Assembly: GCA_963806185.1 (NCBI GenBank)
Contig: CAWDXE010000007.1
Location: forward strand, 288,001 to 352,000
Direction of reading: 5' to 3'
From: an uncultured candidate division Zixibacteria bacterium
GTDB taxonomy: Bacteria > Zixibacteria > MSB-5A5 > GN15 > FEB-12
Length of the DNA stretch: 64,000 nt
Notes under the pieces: generated by a model
What the model was told of the DNA's origin: nothing
Seen by the model: only the letters and a program-made list of their open reading frames with translations
Database searches by the model: none
Made by a program: the position numbers and the translations under genes
Shown here: in pieces, positions 9,817 through 19,592 of the stretch
Position numbering within the stretch: position 1 is the first letter of the stretch
How the letters are laid out: each line of letters begins with the position of its first letter

Positions 9817-10965
9817 TCAAATGACATTCGTTTCTTCAATCAGCTTCCCCGTCGCAAAGCGAGCGGGCGATAAATCGGTAATATCAATCGACGGCTTCTT
9901 CCCTGTGACTATTTCAGTGGTAATGATGCCCGCCGCCGGTGCGTGCATGAAACCATGACCCGAGAACCCGGTCACATGGAACATCCCCTTAACGGTCGGT
10001 TCCCACCCGATGATGGCGCGATGATCGGGGGTCGTTTCATACAACCCGGCCCATTGATTGGCGATTTCAGCCGTCTCCAGCGCGGGAATGCGATCGAGTG
10101 CCCGCTCGAGGATGGCGTCGGTATAATCAGGATCGATTGAAACGTCGAAGCCCGGCTCCACGTTTTTGTCGGCCCAGCCAAGGAGCATCCCTTTGGATTC
10201 TTTATGGCAATAGAGCCCTGATTTGACGTCGACGACCATCGGGAAGAAGGGCTGGACAAAATCCAGTTCTCCCGTAGTCACAATTTGGCGACGATATGGC
10301 TCCACTCGAACATCGGCGTGAACCATGTTGCCAATCAAGCGGGCGAAAGCGCCGGCGGCGTTGATGACCAGCGGAGTCGCAATGTCCCCTTTATTGGTTC
10401 GGACATTGGTGATGGCGCCACCGGCCACGTCTATCCCGGTAACTTCCGTTTCCACTGCTAATTCCACACCCATTGGCCGCACAGCGTGCTCGTATCCGGA
10501 AAGGAACTGGTGCGGGTCGCCGAGACCGTCATCGTGGCAGAAAGTGCCAAACTTGATGTCATCCAGGCGCACGTGCGGAGCGAACTGAGGAATTTCCGAC
10601 GGTTGCAGAATCTGGACATTCAGTCCGACCGACTTCTGCAGTTCATATGCTTTCTTGAAATCCACTGCATCTTTATCATCGGAAACGAGGAAGAGGTATC
10701 CCACCTGATCGAACATGGCCTCGTAACCGGTGTCCTCTTGGAAGCGTTCGAACATCCGCTCCGAAAGCATCGACATTTCGACATTTACTTTGGTATTAAA
10801 CTGTGCCCGGATTCCGCCGGCCGCTTTAGCAGTGGAAATCGCCCCCAAAAACGGCTCGCGTTCCAGCACCACGACTTGACCATATTTTGCCTTGGCCAGA
10901 TAGAAAGCGACCGCCAACCCGATAATTCCGCCGCCCACTATGACCGCATCCGCACGATTCCGCAT
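9817..10965 (-). CDS. FAD-dependent oxidoreductase (sarcosine oxidase beta / DAO family)
   Basis: GGGIIG, ST.KAAGGIR, WAGLYETTPDH, GFSGHGF. Confidence 0.9.
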   Translation of the reverse strand: MRNRADAVIVGGGIIGLAVAFYLAKAKYGQVVVLEREPFLGAISTAKAAGGIRAQFNTKVNVEMSMLSERMFERFQEDTGYEAMFDQVGYLFLVSDDKDAVDFKKAYELQKSVGLNVQILQPSEIPQFAPHVRLDDIKFGTFCHDDGLGDPHQFLSGYEHAVRPMGVELAVETEVTGIDVAGGAITNVRTNKGDIATPLVINAAGAFARLIGNMVHADVRVEPYRRQIVTTGELDFVQPFFPMVVDVKSGLYCHKESKGMLLGWADKNVEPGFDVSIDPDYTDAILERALDRIPALETAEIANQWAGLYETTPDHRAIIGWEPTVKGMFHVTGFSGHGFMHAPAAGIITTEIVTGKKPSIDITDLSPARFATGKLIEETNVI

Positions 10966-11589
10966 CGTAGCCCTCAAGTTTGGGCAGGCCAAGCCCGCCG
11001 CAACGTGAACTTTTTCACTAAGGTATGGATTTGCGTCGCCAAGTCAAGCCTTTCCCGGAATCACGACTTGCAGAATCGTATTTCTCCCCGCCTTCTCACC
11101 CGGACTCAGTCCTAACTAACTATTTTGCATAATGTTATACGATCCTTCCGCTTCTCAGATCATACCTATGTGACCGATATTTGAGGGGCTGGTCGCACTT
11201 CCTATGGTTCTTCAGGAACTCCGCCATTGCTGCTTGTTGTATTCCTTGGATATCATCGTACATATAATACTAGAGTAATCCCGTTTTGTCCTTTCGGCTG
11301 ACTGCAAGCGGCAGATGAACTGAATGGGATCTACAGTTCCTGTCCGGCCCTTCGCGGTTATTGTCCGGGATTTCTCATATCGGCTGCTCCAAAGTGGCCT
11401 GGATACTGGCGCTGATTTCTTCGTCAGCGACCGCGATTCCGAACGGCACTGGCGTGACAGTGATGACCGGGTCACATTGCACCGAAATCTTGATCACACA
11501 CGATCTTCAGTTCCTACAGAATGTGACGATACAATTCATGTCCGCACCTGGTGTGCGGGCTACGGTCATCGGAAAGGAAAAGACGCCCT

Positions 11590-12153
11590 ATGCCATCAAG
11601 CGCCGTCAGCCAGATCAGCACGATCATGAGCATTGTGCAGATCACCAAGCCGCAATCGGTTCTGGACGTCGGAATCGGTTTTGGAAAGTACGGCTTTCTC
11701 TGCAGGGAGTATCTTGAGCTGTGGGATGGTCGCAACAAGTACAACGACTGGCAACACCGCATTGACGGCATCGAGGCCCACGGCCAGTACATTACCGATC
11801 TTCAACGGAAGATTTACAGCAACATCTACGTCGGGGATGCTCGATCAGTGCTTCCCGGGCTTGATGTCCACTACGATCTTGTCCTGCTAATTGACGTGAT
11901 TGAACATCTGTCCATCGAAGAAGGGCATCGGCTGTTAGGCGCCTGCCAGGACAAAGCAACGGCTTGTCTGATTGCCACGCCGCACACGGTGACAGCGCAG
12001 GGCGACGCCTTCGACAACCCCTTTGAGCGCCATGTTTCAGCATGGACTGAAGCGGAATTCGAGCGATACCCCCGTCGGGCTTTTCTGCCCAACAAAGAAT
12101 CTCTGATCTGTTATCTGCGATTTGACGAGGTCGACGTGATCGCGCGGGTTTAG
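11590..12153 (+). CDS. Class I SAM-dependent methyltransferase
   Basis: VLDVGIGFG, YDLVLLIDVIEHL. Confidence 0.8.
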   Translation: MPSSAVSQISTIMSIVQITKPQSVLDVGIGFGKYGFLCREYLELWDGRNKYNDWQHRIDGIEAHGQYITDLQRKIYSNIYVGDARSVLPGLDVHYDLVLLIDVIEHLSIEEGHRLLGACQDKATACLIATPHTVTAQGDAFDNPFERHVSAWTEAEFERYPRRAFLPNKESLICYLRFDEVDVIARV

Positions 12154-12202
12154 CGCTCGACAATCCCCAATAACGACCGTATACTTCAGCCCGGAGTCCA
12201 TC

Positions 12203-12679
12203 ATGACCACAGCAGAGCCGGGCAAGCCAATGATTTTGCGCCGATTGTTCACGTTAGTCGGCGCGGGGCTTATTACCGCCGGCGCGTTTATTCCCTTTCT
12301 CTCGGTTCCAATCTTCAAAGATGACGCATTCATTGAACTCAGCCGATCCGGCGGCCTGATCGTTATTGCCTGCGTTATTTTATCATTGGGTTGTGTATTC
12401 TACCGGCGCTTTGCTCTGCTCTATCTCACCGGGGGTACCTCGCTCGTACTCGTCATTTTCACGATATACCAGGTGAATGCGCGGAAAACCGCCTACATAA
12501 CTGACTTCAACAGGGCGCTCGAGGGTTCGCCATTGAAGGGGATCGGCCTCTCCTTCGTAAGAGCGGTGGATATCACACATGGCGCCGCCCTGATGCTGGC
12601 CGGAGCCGTTATCCTGATCTGCGTGCCGCTCCTCGGCGGCCGCATCACCCTGCGGAAGAAATCCGCCGGACTCCAGTGA
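12203..12679 (+). CDS. Membrane hypothetical protein (~4 TM)
   Basis: Several hydrophobic segments in a 158-aa ORF. Confidence 0.65.
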   Translation: MTTAEPGKPMILRRLFTLVGAGLITAGAFIPFLSVPIFKDDAFIELSRSGGLIVIACVILSLGCVFYRRFALLYLTGGTSLVLVIFTIYQVNARKTAYITDFNRALEGSPLKGIGLSFVRAVDITHGAALMLAGAVILICVPLLGGRITLRKKSAGLQ

Positions 12680-12782
12680 TCTTTATTGTATGCCTGTAAG
12701 TCTTCGATTATGTTAACAGGCAACCGGGGGCTCGCGACAAAACGCGCTTGCGGAATTGACGAATGAGAAGATACTGAATAGT

Positions 12783-13268
12783 ATGGATGGTCCTTCAAGC
12801 GTTGAAATAATCCCGGCGCACACGCCGGATCGTATTCCGGCGGTTCGGGAACTCTTTCGCGAGTATGCCGATTGGCTCGACTACGATCTGTGCTTGCAGA
12901 GTTTCGATGAAGAACTCGCCGGTCTGCCTGGCGCTTACGCACCACCATCGGGACGACTTTACCTCGTTGTCGACAATCATCAGATTGCAGGCTGTGTTGC
13001 CTTGCGTCGACTCACCGACAAAATGGGCGAAATGAAGCGACTCTACTTGCGCCCCGATCACCGCGGCAGCGGTATCGGACGAAAAATGGCGCAGAGGGTA
13101 ATCGAGGACGCACGCTTGATTGGCTATCACACACTGCGACTCGACACCATCCCGCAGATGAAAGAGGCGATCAAGTTATATCGTTCACTCGGTTTCCGCG
13201 AGATCGCCCCGCCGCCTGGCGCGCCGATGGCCGGGGAAATCTACATGGAAATGTCGTTGCGGAAATAA
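12783..13268 (+). CDS. GNAT N-acetyltransferase
   Basis: EMKRLYLRP..RG.GIG, LDT...M..A..LY..LGF. Confidence 0.9.
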   Translation: MDGPSSVEIIPAHTPDRIPAVRELFREYADWLDYDLCLQSFDEELAGLPGAYAPPSGRLYLVVDNHQIAGCVALRRLTDKMGEMKRLYLRPDHRGSGIGRKMAQRVIEDARLIGYHTLRLDTIPQMKEAIKLYRSLGFREIAPPPGAPMAGEIYMEMSLRK

Positions 13269-13989
13269 CATCGCTGCAAGCGGCAGTATACAGTTCGCAC
13301 CCCGGGATGAATTGTCCGCTCCGCCTTTGTTCCCGGTTTCCATTGCATTTTTCGTGAATTCACCACCCGCACGCGTGTTCCCGTTCGCACTGGGAATGTT
13401 ATTGTGTGACTGGCATTTACCTGCCGTCTGACCGGTGCGGTACGAGCGTGGTTCGTCAAAAAATCGGTTCGACCGCGAACCCAAATTGCCTGAATTGCCG
13501 TTATACCTGTATATGTGTGGGATGGCAAAACGGTCAGGCATGTCGGCAATTGCTTGCCTGGCTGTGGGGGTGTAGGCGATAGCCTGCAGTCGACCGTTGC
13601 TCGCCGACACAGTCGCAAGTATATTGATCATACTTGTCCATCAGAGCTGTTCGATTGGGATTTGGAGTGTGACTTGGACTTTCGAATCCTGAGACCCGCG
13701 ATCACGACCGCTTGGTATCGAAGTTGACAGGATGTCAAGCGGTGCAGGCCGATCAGAATCCGCATTCCGCGTCACCCGAAAGATAAATGGAGCGCCCTAG
13801 GACCGATTCGCTATTTCACCAGCTGTGCGACAGCGACCTGCAGTCCCTGCTCAGGCGCTCCGAATGACCAGTTTTGTCACAGGGTCACATGTGGCTACGG
13901 CAAGGAACGAATTCGCCCGGGATCAAATGATCCAGAAACACCAGACCGTCTCAGCACGAAGACAGCCCTGCTGAGTGGAGGAGGCCGAC

Positions 13990-14298
13990 ATGAAGATTTC
14001 AGAAATCCAGGTCACCTTGCGCAACGAGGACAAACTCAAGGGATTTGTGAATGTCACCTTTGATGATTGTTTTGTCGTCCGGGGACTGAAGATCATACAG
14101 GGCACCAAAGGGTATTTTGTTTCTATGCCGAGCCGAAAGAGGGAGGATGGAACGCATCGCGATATTGCCCATCCCACCAATCCCGAAATGCGCAAACTGA
14201 TCGAGGACAGCGTCCTCAAAGCATACGCGGCCGCCTATGCCAGGGAAGGCAAAGGACATGGCGCGTTGACTGGTACTCCCATCTCCAACCAAAGTTAG
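13990..14298 (+). CDS. spoVG: SpoVG-family nucleic-acid-binding protein
   Basis: MKISEI...KLKGFVNVTFDDCFVVRGLKIIQG..GYFVSMPSRK..DG..RDIAHP; GGAGG RBS. Confidence 0.93.
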   Translation: MKISEIQVTLRNEDKLKGFVNVTFDDCFVVRGLKIIQGTKGYFVSMPSRKREDGTHRDIAHPTNPEMRKLIEDSVLKAYAAAYAREGKGHGALTGTPISNQS

Positions 14299-14306
14299 TG
14301 CAAGAC

Positions 14307-14336
14307 TTGTGGGCGTGGACCGATCCACGCCCACAA
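14307..14336. other. Perfect 13-bp inverted repeat after spoVG
   Basis: TTGTGGGCGTGGA-CCGA-TCCACGCCCACAA; no U-tract. Confidence 0.8.
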
Positions 14337-14493
14337 CATCGGCACCAATTGTTTTCCAAGACCCTCATGCAGGCTGGCCATACCCGGCACCCGTGAATAC
14401 CGCCAAACAAGATTCCCGGAACCCGGGAGGAGCCGAGGTTGTGTTTGGCCCGAGACTGCAATGACTTAGCCTCACGGCTCAGCCAGAATATTC

Positions 14494-14522
14494 TTAACTA
14501 TTGGTGCTCCGTCTGCCGATAA
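14494..14522 (+). promoter_or_regulatory. sigma28-like promoter of the multihaem operon
   Basis: TTAACTAT-N13-GCCGATAA (perfect FliA -10 box). Confidence 0.45.
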
Positions 14523-14617
14523 ATATCTAATCGACCTGAATGTTGAGAGAATGGGCCGGGCGGATCAAATCTCACCATCTACGCCCAATTCGCCGGGACC
14601 CCAAGGAAAGATTGTAG

Positions 14618-15586
14618 ATGCCGATGCCGACTTCACCAACTATATTGCCCGCCGACACTATGAAACCGGGCATCGAGACCTCGTCCTCTCTCCCAGGGCG
14701 GCCTCCGGGCGACCGGTCCGCCACTCGCTGGCGGATCTTCTGGGGTATCGTCTATTTCCTGGCTGCAGTTGCGATAGTCTGGTTCTTTGTGCACGGCCAC
14801 AGCTACTATTCAACTCCGCTGGCGGATCGGCCGCATCACCCTGATTATCGTCAGCTTCGACCGGCCGGGATGACCGGCCTGGGGTATGGCGTGGTCGGCT
14901 CGGTCATGATGATCGTTATGCTGGTGTACACGCTCCGCAAGCGCGTGCGAATGTTTGGACGACTGGGGAATCTGCGCCAATGGCTGAATTTTCATATGTT
15001 TCTGGGCGTCGTCGGGCCGTTACTAATCGTGCTGCACACCTCGTTCAAAGTACAGGGACTGGTGGCGATCAGTTTCTGGTCGATGGTATTGGTGGCGGTG
15101 AGCGGATTTTTCGGACGATTTCTTTACGTGCAAATTCCCCGGAATATCAACGGTGACGCACTGAGTCTCGCGGAACTGGAACAGGAAATGTCAGTGCTCA
15201 CCCGCCGCCTCCGAGGCGAATTTGGTATTCCCGAGGACGGCCTGGAGCGTATCGATAAGATCGCCGTGGCCGCGTCAACCGATCATGGCCTCGGCGCCCT
15301 GATGCGTTTGATCGTGGGCCGGGGAGTGTCGAAGATCCGCGTTCACGGTCGGGTGAAAGCCGCGCTTCTGGGCGTGTGGACCGGCACCGACCTCGAACTT
15401 CGTGCCTTGAGCAGCCTGGTACATCGTAAGGCTACCATTCAACTTCGCACACGAACCCTGGGACAAGTGCAGCAGCTCTTCCACTATTGGCACGTCTTTC
15501 ACAAGCCATTTGCGATCATCATGTATATCGTCATGCTGGTACATATCGGAGTGGCCGTCTGGACGGGGTACACGTGGATCTTTTGA
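14618..15586 (+). CDS. Inner-membrane protein, predicted di-haem cytochrome b (ferric-reductase-like TM domain)
   Basis: About 5 TM segments; two H-x13-H pairs (WLNFH...LH and VFH...VH). Confidence 0.7.
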   Translation: MPMPTSPTILPADTMKPGIETSSSLPGRPPGDRSATRWRIFWGIVYFLAAVAIVWFFVHGHSYYSTPLADRPHHPDYRQLRPAGMTGLGYGVVGSVMMIVMLVYTLRKRVRMFGRLGNLRQWLNFHMFLGVVGPLLIVLHTSFKVQGLVAISFWSMVLVAVSGFFGRFLYVQIPRNINGDALSLAELEQEMSVLTRRLRGEFGIPEDGLERIDKIAVAASTDHGLGALMRLIVGRGVSKIRVHGRVKAALLGVWTGTDLELRALSSLVHRKATIQLRTRTLGQVQQLFHYWHVFHKPFAIIMYIVMLVHIGVAVWTGYTWIF

Positions 15587-15588
15587 GA

Positions 15589-17271
15589 ATGACCCGACAT
15601 TGCCGAGGCATTCTGATCGTCGGTTTGGTGATAGCTGTGGCGGTCAGCGGAGCGATGGCTCAGCTGTCGCCGGGCGATCTCAGCGAGGGTCACGCGTCAC
15701 TGGAAGGCGTGAAGAATTGCACCAAATGTCACGACAGTGACCAGAACCTGGTCGCCGACAAATGTCTCGCCTGTCATACCGCGCTAAAGGCCCGTGTCGA
15801 TTCGGGAAGGGGGCTTCATGCCCGCCCCGAACAGGCGGAATGTCAGCATTGCCATGTCGAACACCAGGGGAAAGACTTCGCCCTGGTCTACTGGAAAGAC
15901 GGCGAGCACAATTTTGATCATGCCCGGACCGGCTACGTTCTGGAAGGCGGCCATCGGAAACTCGCCTGTCGGGATTGCCATAAGAGTCAATTTATGAAGG
16001 CAACCGATCAACTGGCCCAGCAAGCGGTCAACCTCCAGCGCACCTATCTGGGGCTGGACCGCGACTGCCGAAACTGCCACGCCGATGAACATCGGGGCCA
16101 GTTTACGCAGGCCTGTACCGAGTGTCACACCCAATTGGCGTGGAAACCAGCGTCCGGATTTGCCCACGACAAGAGTGCTTTCGCACTGGCGGGGAAGCAC
16201 CGAGACGTCGCCTGTGAGAAGTGCCACACCCTTATGCTTGAACAAGGCGGGGGGGAGGATTCGCTATTCTTGCAGTTTACCCGAATCGCCCACAATCAAT
16301 GCAGCGACTGTCACAAAGATCCCCACCAAACGCGCCTGGGGGCCGACTGTGCGCGCTGTCATACGGCCGATAGCTGGAGACAGGTCGCAGCGACCGATTT
16401 CGATCATAGCAGGACCCGGTTCCCGCTGACCGGCAAACATGCGGCAGTGCAGTGCGAGAAGTGTCATGCGGCGGGCCAGCGCGCTGCCGCGCTCAAATTC
16501 GACAATTGCCGCGATTGCCACACCGACTATCACAAAGGGGCGTTTGTCAATCGAGCCGCCAAAGGCGCCTGCGAGGAATGTCACACGGTATCCGGTTTCA
16601 GGCCGGCCGCCTTCACTCTGGCCCAGCACGATTCTACCGACTTTGCGCTGGCCGGTGCTCATCTTGCCATTCCGTGTCTGGCGTGCCACAAGACGGAACG
16701 GGGCGAACCCGCTCGCTTTGTATTCAAATCAATGGTATGCAGCACCTGTCACGCCGACGTGCACCAGGGTTCGCTCATTAACGTTATGGCGGATTCCGGC
16801 TGCACTGCCTGTCATTCGGTGGAGCGGTGGACGTCCGTCATCTACGACCACGCGGCCAAAACGCAATTTGCCCTTGAAGGAAAGCATGCCGCCGTCGCCT
16901 GTAACAAATGTCATAAGCCGTCAGATGTCGCTCAGAGCGCCATCGTCTTTGGCAAGCTCTCCACTCAATGCGGGAGTTGTCATCAGGATCCGCATCGCGG
17001 TCAATTCGCCTCAACTGATGACGAGAGGGCCGCGCACCAGGCTGTCACCGGATGCGATCGTTGCCATTCGGTCAACTCGTGGCAGCCGGAGCGGTTCAAT
17101 CATGCCACGGCTAGATTTGTGCTCGACGGCGCCCACAGCCGCGTGGCCTGTACCGGCTGCCACAAGTCAATCTTCGAAAACGGAAATGTATATACGGAAT
17201 ATATAGGCACGGCCACCACATGTGCCGCCTGTCACGGGAGCAAGACCCCATCCCCGCGAGGTGACTTATGA
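15589..17271 (+). CDS. Multihaem cytochrome c, 20 CxxCH motifs
   Basis: Signal peptide, then 20 CxxCH (counted by hand) with FDH..T.F.L.G.H tri-haem repeats. Confidence 0.93.
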   Translation: MTRHCRGILIVGLVIAVAVSGAMAQLSPGDLSEGHASLEGVKNCTKCHDSDQNLVADKCLACHTALKARVDSGRGLHARPEQAECQHCHVEHQGKDFALVYWKDGEHNFDHARTGYVLEGGHRKLACRDCHKSQFMKATDQLAQQAVNLQRTYLGLDRDCRNCHADEHRGQFTQACTECHTQLAWKPASGFAHDKSAFALAGKHRDVACEKCHTLMLEQGGGEDSLFLQFTRIAHNQCSDCHKDPHQTRLGADCARCHTADSWRQVAATDFDHSRTRFPLTGKHAAVQCEKCHAAGQRAAALKFDNCRDCHTDYHKGAFVNRAAKGACEECHTVSGFRPAAFTLAQHDSTDFALAGAHLAIPCLACHKTERGEPARFVFKSMVCSTCHADVHQGSLINVMADSGCTACHSVERWTSVIYDHAAKTQFALEGKHAAVACNKCHKPSDVAQSAIVFGKLSTQCGSCHQDPHRGQFASTDDERAAHQAVTGCDRCHSVNSWQPERFNHATARFVLDGAHSRVACTGCHKSIFENGNVYTEYIGTATTCAACHGSKTPSPRGDL

Positions 17272-19592
17272 TAGCGCGCATCCTGCCCTTCATCGCTTTG
17301 CTCATACTCGTCATCACGGTTGCGGCCCAGCGTGCTGACACGAATCCTCACGGCAAGCTGGCCTTCGACTGCGAGACCTGTCATACGACCGGTTCCTGGC
17401 AGCAATTGAAATCGCCCCTGCCGTTCTCGCACGACAAAACGGGATTTCCCCTCAAAGGGGCGCATCGACAGGCCAACTGCAACGGGTGTCACCGCAATCT
17501 TGTCTTCTCTCAAGTGAGTGTCGCCTGCGCCGACTGCCATCAGGACGTCCACGCCGGCCGACTGGGGACGGATTGCCAAAGCTGCCACATGCTTGACTCC
17601 TGGAGCAATCGAAAGGACCAGATTGCCACCCATGCCGATCGTGGCTTTCCGCTGACCGGCGTGCATGCCATTTCCGACTGTGCTGCCTGTCATACCACCG
17701 AGACATACGATGATTTTAAGGCTGTTGCGATAACCTGTCGCGGCTGTCACGAGCAGGCGTATCTGACAGCCGATAATCCCGATCACAAACTCGCCGGCTT
17801 CGCCGGCGACTGCGAACAGTGTCACCACGCCGCCGCCGGCTCGTGGCAGCGAACGACGTATCAGCATACGTCGGTTTTTCCATTAACCAACGGCCATCAG
17901 AAGGCAGAGTGCGTGGCCTGTCACGCCACCCAATTTGCAGCGACGTCGGGCGACTGCTACTCCTGCCACCAGCCTGATTACACTCAAGCGCAGGATCCAA
18001 ATCACCAGCAGGGCGGCTTTCCGACTAACTGCACGATGTGCCACACGACTGTTGCCTGGACACCCGCTAGTTTTGATCACGCCACCAGCAGTTTCCCGCT
18101 GACCGGGGCCCATATCGGCGTTCAATGTGTCTCCTGCCACTCGTCTGGGTATGTCGGTACGCCGACTGACTGCTATTCCTGTCACCAGAATGACTTTGCC
18201 TCGACCGATTCACCGAATCATGTGCAGTCGCAGTTCCCGCATACGTGCACCTCGTGCCACACCACCACCTCCTGGTCGCCCTCAACATTCGATCATAATG
18301 GGACCGGATTCACTCTCACCGGCGCGCATACGTCAGTATCCTGCGTTTCGTGTCACAGCTCCGGGTATGCCGGCACGCCGACCGCCTGTTATTCCTGCCA
18401 CCAGTCTGATTATGCGGGGACGACCGATCCGAATCATGCGCTGGCCGGCTTTTCAACCACGTGCACGCAGTGCCACACCACGGCCTCCTGGGGGAGTGCT
18501 AGCTATGACCATGCCGGGACAGGCTTCCCGCTGACCGGGGCGCATGTCACTGTCCAGTGTTCTTCGTGCCATGCATCGGTCTACGCCGGAACTTCGACCG
18601 ACTGCAATTCATGTCACAACGCCGACTATGTCGCAACCACCAATCCTAATCATGCGCAGTTGGGGTTTCCCACCACGTGTGTAACGTGCCATACTACGGC
18701 GGCATGGTCGCCGGCTTCCTTTGACCACACCAGCACCGGTTTCACTCTGACCGGCAAGCACACTACAGCCGCATGCCTCGATTGTCATTCCAGCGGCTAT
18801 GCAGGTACGCCGGCCGATTGTTATTCGTGTCACCAAAGTGATTTCACGGGCGCGACTGATCCGAATCACACCCTTGCCGGTTTTGCCGTGACCTGCGGCG
18901 ATTGCCATACCACCGCCGGGTGGTCACCGTCGAGTTTCAACCACTCGACCACCGGCTTTACGTTGACCGGTGCACACGTCGGCGCTACGTGTATCGCCTG
19001 CCATAGCACGGCCTATGCGGGCACGTCATCTGACTGCTACGCCTGCCATCAGTCGGATTACACCTCGGCGGCCGATCCCAATCACGTGCTGGGCAATTAT
19101 CCTCATACCTGTACCTCGTGCCATACCACCACAGCCTGGGTACCGGCCAGCTTTGATCACAATACAACCAGTTTCCCGTTAACGGGCGCACACCTGTCGG
19201 CGGCCTGCCTGGCTTGTCATAGCTCCGGCTACACGGGTACTCCGACCGCTTGCTATGCCTGCCATCAGTCCGATTATGCCGGTACAACCGATCCGGTCCA
19301 CACGGCGGCGAACTTCCCGACAACCTGCCAATCGTGCCACACTACCTCGGCCTGGCAGCCCTCTACCTGGGACCACGATGCACAATATTTCCCGATCTAT
19401 TCCGGCAAGCACAGCGGAGTATGGAACCAGTGTTCGGACTGCCACGTGAGCGCTGCCAACTACGCGGTGTTTGAGTGCATCAATTGTCACGAACACAACA
19501 GAACAGATACCGATGGTCATCATACCGAGGTCAGCGGTTACCAGTACCTCAGTACCGCCTGCTATACCTGTCATCCGCGAGGTACTCACTGA
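17268..19592 (+). CDS. Multihaem cytochrome c, 31 CxxCH motifs
   Basis: Signal peptide, then 31 CxxCH (counted by hand); Thr/Ser-rich 72-aa repeats. Confidence 0.95.
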   Translation: MIARILPFIALLILVITVAAQRADTNPHGKLAFDCETCHTTGSWQQLKSPLPFSHDKTGFPLKGAHRQANCNGCHRNLVFSQVSVACADCHQDVHAGRLGTDCQSCHMLDSWSNRKDQIATHADRGFPLTGVHAISDCAACHTTETYDDFKAVAITCRGCHEQAYLTADNPDHKLAGFAGDCEQCHHAAAGSWQRTTYQHTSVFPLTNGHQKAECVACHATQFAATSGDCYSCHQPDYTQAQDPNHQQGGFPTNCTMCHTTVAWTPASFDHATSSFPLTGAHIGVQCVSCHSSGYVGTPTDCYSCHQNDFASTDSPNHVQSQFPHTCTSCHTTTSWSPSTFDHNGTGFTLTGAHTSVSCVSCHSSGYAGTPTACYSCHQSDYAGTTDPNHALAGFSTTCTQCHTTASWGSASYDHAGTGFPLTGAHVTVQCSSCHASVYAGTSTDCNSCHNADYVATTNPNHAQLGFPTTCVTCHTTAAWSPASFDHTSTGFTLTGKHTTAACLDCHSSGYAGTPADCYSCHQSDFTGATDPNHTLAGFAVTCGDCHTTAGWSPSSFNHSTTGFTLTGAHVGATCIACHSTAYAGTSSDCYACHQSDYTSAADPNHVLGNYPHTCTSCHTTTAWVPASFDHNTTSFPLTGAHLSAACLACHSSGYTGTPTACYACHQSDYAGTTDPVHTAANFPTTCQSCHTTSAWQPSTWDHDAQYFPIYSGKHSGVWNQCSDCHVSAANYAVFECINCHEHNRTDTDGHHTEVSGYQYLSTACYTCHPRGTH
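18030..19325 (+). repeat. Six tandem 216-bp (72-aa, three-haem) intragenic repeats
   Basis: First Cys codon of each unit recurs with 216-bp period from 18030 to 19326. Confidence 0.9.

Noticed and set aside
13681..13691. TTCGAATCCTG as a tRNA fragment or att site matching tRNA-Arg
   Set aside because: Only about 11 bp, opposite orientation to the tRNA, no cloverleaf and no integrase.
13789..13870. glmS ribozyme (AGCGCC..GGAC start)
   Set aside because: Lacks the GACGAGG core, and the downstream gene is not glmS.
14364..14481. 6S, SRP, tmRNA or c-di-AMP riboswitch identity
   Set aside because: Too short for 6S; no SRP GGAA tetraloop core; no tRNA-like ends; ydaO consensus only superficially similar.
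18030..19325. Regular repeats as a CRISPR array
   Set aside because: In-frame 216-bp coding repeats with synonymous divergence; no short identical repeats with spacers and no cas genes.
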